From positions 1-54,572 of IMG/VR virus record IMGVR_UViG_3300036832_000372: a DNA stretch of 54,572 bases; one strand, 5' to 3'. The notes under the pieces were generated by a model, which worked only from the letters and a program-made list of their open reading frames with translations, was not told where the DNA came from and did not search any database. The stretch comes from a virus (Duplodnaviria > Caudoviricetes). Both the position numbers and the translations under genes were made by a program. Below, piece after piece: positions 37,320 through 44,979 of the stretch; position 1 is the stretch's first letter; every line of letters begins with the position of its first letter.

Positions 37320-37559
37320 ATGCCCTACTCCTACGAGTACTCGAAGCTGAGGGTAGACGGGGTGTTCACTCTCGCCATCAGCGACATCCAGCCCGACGCT
37401 GACACCACGCAGTACGTTAGGCTGGTCCAGGTCTACACAGACCCCCCGTCCAGCGTCAACCGGAGACCAGTCCTCGAGATAGCCGTCTACGGTGGCGACC
37501 AGCAGGTGTCTGACATGACGCCGATCGAGATCACTCTCCCCGGAGGCATCGAGTTCTAG
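37320..37559 (+). CDS. Small protein, paralog A
   Basis: YVRLVQVYTD..RRPVLEIAVYGGDQ..PGGIEF. Confidence 0.8.
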   Translation: MPYSYEYSKLRVDGVFTLAISDIQPDADTTQYVRLVQVYTDPPSSVNRRPVLEIAVYGGDQQVSDMTPIEITLPGGIEF

Positions 37560-37560
37560 C

Positions 37561-38166
37561 ATGCCGCAGGGACACGTCGCCATCGCCAGCGCTGCCTACG
37601 GAGACCCCGTCAGCGGCCTCGTCTTCGCGTTCCGCCTCGGGGGCGGCAGCGACTGCTACCTCTACCAGCTGTGGGGGAGCCTCTCTGGAGGTCCGCAGCC
37701 CTACGCCATGGGCGTCGCCAACGGCATGAACTTCGTGCGTCAGTCGCGGACCCAGCTGTTCGTCCCTGGCGAGGTGTACAGGCAGTCTGCTGGCGGGTCA
37801 GTCGTCACCGACCCTGGCAGCGAACTCTTCAGATTCGACAACTGCATGGCGGCGTGGAACCTGAAGCAGAGCGGCAACGGCGCGGTCGTCACTCCGGTCG
37901 CGATCCAGTACCGCGTGCCGAAGCTGATCCCCCAGGGTCTCCTCAACGTCGCCATCTTCAGCTTCACCTACGCGACCTACGGCGGGTCGCCGTCGCCAGA
38001 TCCGCAGCAGTGCATCGACACCGAGGTCAACCTGACCTTCGACTGGGAGACGACGCCGCCCCCTTTTGACAGCAACCCGGTGAGTCCGCAGCAGCAGACA
38101 GTGGTGCTCGAGCCTGCTCCAGGCGTCGTCACGCAGATGGCTACGCTGAGCGTGAGGCAGAGATGA
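37561..38166 (+). CDS. Hypothetical protein
   Basis: 201 aa beta-rich ORF between paralogs A and B. Confidence 0.7.
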   Translation: MPQGHVAIASAAYGDPVSGLVFAFRLGGGSDCYLYQLWGSLSGGPQPYAMGVANGMNFVRQSRTQLFVPGEVYRQSAGGSVVTDPGSELFRFDNCMAAWNLKQSGNGAVVTPVAIQYRVPKLIPQGLLNVAIFSFTYATYGGSPSPDPQQCIDTEVNLTFDWETTPPPFDSNPVSPQQQTVVLEPAPGVVTQMATLSVRQR

Positions 38167-38363
38167 GCGGACTGATCGTAGTCTCAACTATCGAGCCGGA
38201 CACTAAGAGCAACAGCTACGTCAGGCTCGTCCAGATCTACGCCGACATGCCCGACGTCCTCGACCGCAGGCCCGTCGTCGAGCTGATGCTGTACGGCGGA
38301 GACCAGACTGCTGCTGACAAGTCTCCGCTGATGATCAGCGTGCCGGGCGGCATCCTCTACTAG
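38163..38363 (+). CDS. Small protein, paralog B
   Basis: YVRLVQIYAD..RRPVVELMLYGGDQ..PGGILY. Confidence 0.8.
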   Translation: MSGLIVVSTIEPDTKSNSYVRLVQIYADMPDVLDRRPVVELMLYGGDQTAADKSPLMISVPGGILY

Positions 38364-38381
38364 CAACGCAGGAGAACATCC

Positions 38382-40298
38382 ATGGGAACTGCTCCAGTCT
38401 TTGGCCTTCAATTCATCCAGCAAGACGACCAAGCGATGCCGGTCATCGGCGCCAACATGGACGTCATCGGCATCATCGGGCCGTCCTCGACGGCCGACCC
38501 GGAGATATTTCCCGAGAACACGCCAGTCCTCTTCTTCTCCAACGACACCGTCATGCTCTCTCACCTCGGGGCCGACGGCTACATTCCTGACGCGATCAAC
38601 GCGATCAACGCTCAGCTCGCGGACTTCCAGATAGCCGCTCAGCTGGTGATCGTCAGGACGCCGTACGGCGACAGCCTCGTCTCTGAGACGATGAAGCTCC
38701 AGCAGACCATCGCTCGCATCATGGGCGACTCGGTCCTCGGCACCGGCCTGTACGCGTTCCTCAAGGCTCCGAACACACTGTACTGCACGCCGAGGATCAT
38801 CATCGCGCCCGGGTACACCGGCCAGATGGCGAACTCCCTCGACACGCTGACGATCGGCGTCCCCGGCGTCGGGTACATCCCCGGCCAGCGATACGACATG
38901 ACGTTCGCGCTCGGGAGTGGAGAGCAGAACCTCACCACCGCAGTCCTGCCGCAAGCGCACGCCGTGGCTGACCCGAATGGGCACATCGGCGAGAACGAGC
39001 TGTTCATCGACACCTGGGGCGCCTGGTTCACCGTCGCTCCGACGGCTACTCTCCCGGCTCCCGACGGAACTCCCAAGCCGGCGTCGCAGGCGGTCGGTCA
39101 GTTCATCTTCAACGCTCAGCCCGGAGTGGGCTCGAAGATCACCATCAACTCACAGGACGTCACCTTCATCGCTGCCGCCGGTACGCCAACGGCTCACCAG
39201 GTCAACCTCGGAGCTAATCTCTCCGCGACCATCGACAACCTGGTCACCTACCTGATGGGGACTACAGGTCAGGCAGACCCCAACATCGGCCTCTGCACCT
39301 ACCAGAAGATCACCTCGACCTACCTCAGCATGAACGTGACTTCGGTGGCGGCCGCTGCCGCAGCCAACGACATCACGCTGGCGACGACCGTAGTCGGCTG
39401 TCAGTGCTCTCCTACCCTCCAGGGCGGAGCCGACGCCGAGGTCTCGACCCAGGCCACCGTGATGACGACGATGGCGCTCGGAGCCAACCCGGTCTGCGCC
39501 AACATGACTGGCGTCCTCGACACGCTGATCGCCCACGCCATCGTCGAGAGCGCGGGGACCTCGATGATCGCCGACGAGAACTGGAGGACCACTCTCAACT
39601 CCCAGAGGCTCATAGGCCTGTCAGGGGGCGTCAAGATCCTCGACCCGCAGACGGGCGACATCGTGGTGATGCCGCTGGCTCCGCGGATGGCCGGGGCCCT
39701 GGTCGCCGAGGACTTCAGGACCGGGTACCCGTTCCACTCGTGCGCTAACCGCGCGGTTCAGGGCATCGTCGGGCCCGCGAGGTCCATCGCGTTCTCGCTG
39801 ACTGACGGCGAGACCGAGGGCCAGATGCTGCTCGGAGCTAACCTCGGGATCGTCGCCAGGGGCCTGATCGGCGTCGAGAGCGCCATCAGCTCCGGCGGCT
39901 TCATCCTCATCGCCACCGACAACATGGGTGACGACGAGCTGTGGCGCATGTACAACGTCAAGAGAGGGCGGGACTTCATCCACCTGTCGCTGATGCCAGC
40001 CCTGCGGACCTACCTCGGCAGGACTAACATCGACCGGCAGACCGTAGCCAACGTCGAGGAGACCATCGCTCAGTGGCTCGGGCAGCTGACGGCTCTCCAG
40101 CAGATCCTCGGCTACAAGGTCACGTTCTCCGGGAGCCTCAACACCCCCGAGGAGATCAGGCTGGGTCACCTGACCGTGAGCTTCGCGGCCGAGGAGCCGC
40201 CCGTCCTGAAGAGGATCACCACCATGAGCGCCCGGTACAAGCCCGCCATCGACGCCATGGTCGCTCAGCTGGCCGAGCAGCTCGTGTTCAGCGGCTGA
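38382..40298 (+). CDS. Contractile tail sheath (P2 FI-like) with inserted domains
   Basis: VIGIIG, FPENTPV, TGLYAFL..TPRIIIAPGY, YNVKRGRDFI, AEEPPVLKRI. Confidence 0.92.
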   Translation: MGTAPVFGLQFIQQDDQAMPVIGANMDVIGIIGPSSTADPEIFPENTPVLFFSNDTVMLSHLGADGYIPDAINAINAQLADFQIAAQLVIVRTPYGDSLVSETMKLQQTIARIMGDSVLGTGLYAFLKAPNTLYCTPRIIIAPGYTGQMANSLDTLTIGVPGVGYIPGQRYDMTFALGSGEQNLTTAVLPQAHAVADPNGHIGENELFIDTWGAWFTVAPTATLPAPDGTPKPASQAVGQFIFNAQPGVGSKITINSQDVTFIAAAGTPTAHQVNLGANLSATIDNLVTYLMGTTGQADPNIGLCTYQKITSTYLSMNVTSVAAAAAANDITLATTVVGCQCSPTLQGGADAEVSTQATVMTTMALGANPVCANMTGVLDTLIAHAIVESAGTSMIADENWRTTLNSQRLIGLSGGVKILDPQTGDIVVMPLAPRMAGALVAEDFRTGYPFHSCANRAVQGIVGPARSIAFSLTDGETEGQMLLGANLGIVARGLIGVESAISSGGFILIATDNMGDDELWRMYNVKRGRDFIHLSLMPALRTYLGRTNIDRQTVANVEETIAQWLGQLTALQQILGYKVTFSGSLNTPEEIRLGHLTVSFAAEEPPVLKRITTMSARYKPAIDAMVAQLAEQLVFSG

Positions 40299-40372
40299 GG
40301 GAAGCTCGCTGGTACGCTTTTCCCCGTACCCCATCCCTGGGTATGGGGCGGCTGACAGGCCGCTCAGCGGCC
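40299..40372 (+). promoter_or_regulatory. Multi-hairpin intergenic element between sheath and tube
   Basis: CCCCGTACCC-CATCCCT-GGGTATGGGG and GGCCGC-TCA-GCGGCC stems. Confidence 0.45.
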
Positions 40373-40418
40373 ACTCTACGCGCAACGAGAGAGATATTAT
40401 CACAAGGAGTGACGCGAC

Positions 40419-41009
40419 ATGGCAGAGACTATCCTGACGCTCGACCAGGCCAACATGTTCTGCGGCCGCCAGCCGAGCGACGTCAACAACGGCCTCTACC
40501 TCGAGCTGACTGAGGTGAAGCTGCCGGCGCTGAACGAGCAGTACGTCGACCACAGGGCCGGCGGCGTGCCGATCGCCATCGAGATCGACACGATCTTCTC
40601 CAAGCTCGAGTCGACGTTCCAGCTCATCGGCTGGAACCCGAACGTGGCGACTCTGGTCGCCTCTTTCATGGCGGAGCAGAATGTGTTCTGGATCTATGGA
40701 CTCTTGCGAGACAGGCTCACCGCCGAGGCGATGAGGGTCACCGCCAAGATGAGGGGCCGGTTGGGCCTGGCCGACCCCCAGAACTGGAACCGGTCGGGAA
40801 CCCAGCACTGGAACTACGCGATCAAGGGCATCATCTCGTACGACTTAGTCGTCGGGAATAGCCCCATCTACAGCTGGGACTTCTTCGCCAACAGATTCGT
40901 CGTCGGCCAGTGGGACCGCAACGCCTCGATCAACGAGCTCCTTAACATCCCGATCGCGGCGGCTCCGCCGGTCCTCTCTGGGCCGATCGTCACGCCGGGG
41001 ACGCCGTAA
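40419..41009 (+). CDS. Major tail tube protein (P2 FII-like)
   Basis: EVKLPALNEQYVDHRAGG..KLESTF..MRGRLG..WDFFAN; AAGGAG RBS. Confidence 0.9.
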   Translation: MAETILTLDQANMFCGRQPSDVNNGLYLELTEVKLPALNEQYVDHRAGGVPIAIEIDTIFSKLESTFQLIGWNPNVATLVASFMAEQNVFWIYGLLRDRLTAEAMRVTAKMRGRLGLADPQNWNRSGTQHWNYAIKGIISYDLVVGNSPIYSWDFFANRFVVGQWDRNASINELLNIPIAAAPPVLSGPIVTPGTP

Positions 41010-41012
41010 GCC

Positions 41013-41525
41013 GTGGACACTCTCCGCAAGTCGGGCGGCTGGTGCGTCGAGCTGACGGTGCCCATCAAGCACGGGAACCGCGTCATCGAGGAGATCGACA
41101 TCAAGGCGCCGTCGATCCGGACCCTCACCAGGTGGCAGCGCGGTCAGATCCCGTCGTCGATGGCTCTCCTGTCAGAGCTGTCGGGGATATCAGAGTCAGT
41201 CCTCGACACCATCACCTACCCCGACGCCGACCGCGTGCTCCTGGCGCTGTTCAACGTCGTGCCGAAGCCGATCCAGAGCGACTTCTCGTCCGGCACCAGG
41301 CCCCTGTCCACGCCGGTGGAGGAGCTGCCCGAGCCCGCTCCCGGCACGAGACCCGTCGCGCAAGACGACCCCAGGTTCCCCTACCACGACGGGCCAGTCG
41401 TCGAGTCAGCCGTCGGCAACGTCTCGGTGTCGCGGCCGCCCGGGACGGAGCCGCCACCCGAGGAAGAGGCTCCGGTCAAGCCCCTGAACTTCGACCCCCC
41501 GCCAGTCATGAGGAAGGTCGTCTAG
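41013..41525 (+). CDS. Tail assembly chaperone (gpE/gp41-like) with Pro-rich tail
   Basis: VELTVPI..IEEIDIKAP..LSELSGI..D; lies between tube and tape measure. Confidence 0.8.
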   Translation: MDTLRKSGGWCVELTVPIKHGNRVIEEIDIKAPSIRTLTRWQRGQIPSSMALLSELSGISESVLDTITYPDADRVLLALFNVVPKPIQSDFSSGTRPLSTPVEELPEPAPGTRPVAQDDPRFPYHDGPVVESAVGNVSVSRPPGTEPPPEEEAPVKPLNFDPPPVMRKVV

Positions 41526-41526
41526 G

Positions 41527-44500
41527 GTGTCAGACGTCGACTACAACGTACGGATAACTGGGTCCGACGAGACGAAGGCTGCCTTCGAGTCGGCGGCGAA
41601 GAACGCGGTCGAAGCCTCCAAGGTGATGACCGAGGACTTCAAGAAGCTGTCTGATGCCGTCGAGAAGCAGACCCAGCAGATAACGAAGCTCGCCAAGCGA
41701 GCCTCAGGGCAGACGCCGGAGGATCTCGCCGGCGCCTTCGGCAAGGCCGGGGAGAGCGTCATCGGCTTCTCCGAGGGGATGACCAAGGCCCTGTCGGTGG
41801 GCGCCGTCACCGCATTCGCTGTCGCTGCCGTCAACGAGTTTGCCAAGGTCGAGGCAGCTCAGAACCGCGTCCTCGCCACCGGTCAAGCGAACCGCAAGGA
41901 GCTCGAGGAGCTCAACGAGGTGTGGGAGAGGAAGCTAGCCCCCACCATCGGCAAGGGGATAGAGGAGATCAACAAGGACTACGCCATCCTCTTAGCTGGC
42001 AACGCCAAGCTCAAGGATCACTTCGAGGAGATCGAGCAGTACGCCAAGATCACCAGGAGCACGTTCCAGGACAGCTTCAACATGGTCAGCACCGCCACCT
42101 ACGGCGGTCTCAAGCCAGAGGACATCCCGTCGTTCCTGGCCGACCTTGCCAACGCCTACCGGGAGAACGGCAACGCCGCTACCGTGGCGCACGACAACGC
42201 CTCGAAGGCTCTCAAGGAGCTAGGTATCACTGGAGGGGAGTTCCAGAAGCAGCTCGGCGAGGCGATCGCCAATCTCGGGAACGTCACCAACAGCAGCACC
42301 ACGGCCGCCGAGCAGATCACCGCCGTTCTCAAGGAGATCGCTCTCCACAAGGGCGAGTCCGGCATGATGAGGATGATCGATCAGCTCAAGGACGGCAACA
42401 TAAATCTCAATCAGTTTCTCGACATGCTGACGATGAAGAATCATCCTGACTCTCGCAACTTTCAAAGGATGATGGAGAACGATGCACCACTGCGGACGTT
42501 CGCCACCAACTGGGCCGAGGTGATCAAGAATGGACCCGGTCAATTCCATGACGACCTTCGCAAGCTGAGCGAGGACCCGGCCCTCGTAGGTAAGACCGAG
42601 CAGGAGATCAATCGCCTGGGCACCGCGATATCCGCCTTTGGCACTACCATCATCTCTCTCACGCCTGCTAACACGATCATCGGAGGACTCGCCGATGCGT
42701 TAAATCGCCTGAATGATGCGGTGAAGAGCCTCAAGTCAGCGTCGCCTGCCAGCGTCATCAGGGGCATCACCGGTGACATCGTCATCGGGCCGAAGACTCC
42801 TCAGGATCAGCCGAAGGGCGGTCCTGGAAGCCGCAGCGTCAGGCACAGAGGAGGCATCTTCGAGAAGCCGGTCACGACTCCGCAGCGGTTCGGTGGCAGC
42901 GCTCCTGTGTTTAGCGGAAAAAGCTCCTTCGACCTGTCGAGCTGGCCGAAGTCGACCAACATCGAAGACCGCCGCGGCGAGGTCTACCCGGGCGGGGGAG
43001 AAGCCGGTGGCTCAGTCAATCCGCAGTACTTCACTGGCTCCGGGGGCAGCGACAATACTGTGATGGCCTCGCTTCAGGCTGCCAACGAGGATGAAGTCCA
43101 CGCGATGGCGATGCGCGGCTACGGCGATCGCGGAGCCGCCTTCACCCCAGGGGCAGGCGAGTCGCCGTGGTCGCTAGAGGCGCAGGTCGAAGGTTGGGGG
43201 TTTGGCACTGGTCGCGGCGGTGGCGGTGCCGGTTATGGCTATGGCGGCTTCCGCCGCGGCATCGGTGCGGCTGGTAGACGTGGCCGCGGCGGTAGTGGTC
43301 CCGGTGGCAGCGGTCCAGGTGGCAGCGTCGACTCCAGTGGCCCGGGCGGCAGTGTGCAGCAGACAGCACCATGGCCAACGGGAGCAGGTGTGTCCGGTGG
43401 CAAGATGATGCAGACGCCGTGGGGGCCGATGCCGACCGGTAGCGGTCCCGGTGGTGCCGGTACATTGCCGTGGCCTGGCACTGGTGGCGGCTTCGAGGGC
43501 AAGAACGTTCAGTCGATTGTCGCCGATGAGTGGCGAAAGGTCGGCATGTCGGACGCTGGCATCCGTGGCGTGCTTGCTAACATCAAGGAGGAAAGCAGTT
43601 TTGATCCGACGTTGAGACACGCAGACCAGCCGCGATTTTCCGGCGAAGCGCACTTCGCCCACGGGCTGTATCAGGAGGGCGGCGACGAGTGGAATAACTA
43701 CGCTAAGTGGCTCAACGGCAGGGACTGGAGAGACCCGCGACTGCAGAGCCAGTTTGCCGCTGAGAACCTGAAGAAGAACTACCCCAAAGTCTGGGCGCAG
43801 ATGAATCAGAGCGACGCCCAACAAGCCGCGGCTGCCTATGTGCGAGGTTATCTCAAACCAAAAGCCGAGTACCAGGCAAGCCGCGTCGCCGGGTTTCAGC
43901 GCCGTGGCATCCCGACGTTGGATCAGTTCGGCGTCGGTAAGGCGACTGCGAGCACGGGTGCCGCACCCAGCGTCTCTGGTGGCGGTGGCATGGTCCAGAC
44001 CCCGTGGGGGGCGATGCCATCGGGCACTTCTCATGCCGGAATTGCGAGTGGCGGTGATGGCGGCGGCGGCGGCGGCGGTGGCGGTGTTGCCGGTTCGGCT
44101 CGGCTCTCAGCCGTCGAGAATTATGCAGGCGGCAATGATCCGAATCGCGGGGCTTTGCTGGCCGCGGCAAGAGAGGCATCGAAGTATCTGCCAGAGGGTT
44201 ACACCGTCGAAGCTTACTCCGGACAGCGAAGCGGAAAGGATCAAGGGCCGCACCTCTCCGGCAGCGCCATCGACTTCCGCATCAGGGACCCACAAGGAAG
44301 GATGCTGGCCAACTATCAGGACCCCACTCAATACAGGATGTATGAGCAATTTCACCAAGACATTCATTCGGTCTTGCAGCAGACCAATCCTGCACTTGCG
44401 GCGCGTCATCGCTGGGGCGGATATTTCCTTCACGGGTCCAACAATTACGGCGTCATGGATACGATGCACAGCGATCTCGCTGGTCCCGGAAGGATGGCAG

Positions 44501-44979
44501 CAGGTAGCTGGGAGCAAGGACGAACGGCAGGGGGCAGCTTTTACTCACCTAAGAGAGGTGTGACGGTTAATTGGAACGAAGCTCAGAGTCGAGGTATGGG
44601 CAAAGGCTACCGCCGCGGTGACTATCCTAGAGGTTCGCAACCATCCGTAGCTACTCCGGCTGCTGCACCCTACATGCCCGAGATGCTCGACGCCGATCGT
44701 CAGCGCAATATGCCACCGAAAGATGATGATTACGATCCTCTAGGTGGAGCGATCCCTGACAAGTACAACAGGCTCGGCGGGAAGGATCACAGTGAGCTTG
44801 AGAACATTCGCCGCCAGCGCGCGGAGCTGAGCAGACCGATCAAGACGACGATGAACGTTACCCACCCGCGGCAGCACTCGAAGGCCGAGCCACCGGAGCG
44901 TCACGAGTCCCGCATCAACTCGATAGCTCAGTCGCGCCTCGATCGCGGCAGATCTGCCAGTGACATAGGATACGCCTGA
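41527..44979 (+). CDS. Tape-measure-like protein 1 with tail-lysozyme and M15-like peptidase domains
   Basis: Helical N-terminal ~400 aa; Gly-rich linker; GVLANIKEESSFDP..HGLYQ; SGQR..PHLSGSAIDF..RWGGYF..DTMHSD. Confidence 0.82.
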   Translation: MSDVDYNVRITGSDETKAAFESAAKNAVEASKVMTEDFKKLSDAVEKQTQQITKLAKRASGQTPEDLAGAFGKAGESVIGFSEGMTKALSVGAVTAFAVAAVNEFAKVEAAQNRVLATGQANRKELEELNEVWERKLAPTIGKGIEEINKDYAILLAGNAKLKDHFEEIEQYAKITRSTFQDSFNMVSTATYGGLKPEDIPSFLADLANAYRENGNAATVAHDNASKALKELGITGGEFQKQLGEAIANLGNVTNSSTTAAEQITAVLKEIALHKGESGMMRMIDQLKDGNINLNQFLDMLTMKNHPDSRNFQRMMENDAPLRTFATNWAEVIKNGPGQFHDDLRKLSEDPALVGKTEQEINRLGTAISAFGTTIISLTPANTIIGGLADALNRLNDAVKSLKSASPASVIRGITGDIVIGPKTPQDQPKGGPGSRSVRHRGGIFEKPVTTPQRFGGSAPVFSGKSSFDLSSWPKSTNIEDRRGEVYPGGGEAGGSVNPQYFTGSGGSDNTVMASLQAANEDEVHAMAMRGYGDRGAAFTPGAGESPWSLEAQVEGWGFGTGRGGGGAGYGYGGFRRGIGAAGRRGRGGSGPGGSGPGGSVDSSGPGGSVQQTAPWPTGAGVSGGKMMQTPWGPMPTGSGPGGAGTLPWPGTGGGFEGKNVQSIVADEWRKVGMSDAGIRGVLANIKEESSFDPTLRHADQPRFSGEAHFAHGLYQEGGDEWNNYAKWLNGRDWRDPRLQSQFAAENLKKNYPKVWAQMNQSDAQQAAAAYVRGYLKPKAEYQASRVAGFQRRGIPTLDQFGVGKATASTGAAPSVSGGGGMVQTPWGAMPSGTSHAGIASGGDGGGGGGGGGVAGSARLSAVENYAGGNDPNRGALLAAAREASKYLPEGYTVEAYSGQRSGKDQGPHLSGSAIDFRIRDPQGRMLANYQDPTQYRMYEQFHQDIHSVLQQTNPALAARHRWGGYFLHGSNNYGVMDTMHSDLAGPGRMAAGSWEQGRTAGGSFYSPKRGVTVNWNEAQSRGMGKGYRRGDYPRGSQPSVATPAAAPYMPEMLDADRQRNMPPKDDDYDPLGGAIPDKYNRLGGKDHSELENIRRQRAELSRPIKTTMNVTHPRQHSKAEPPERHESRINSIAQSRLDRGRSASDIGYA

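Noticed and set aside
41400-41560. Programmed frameshift in the tail chaperone (gpE/E' type)
   Set aside because: No convincing slippery heptamer or T-run, and no room for an extended frame before the tape measure.
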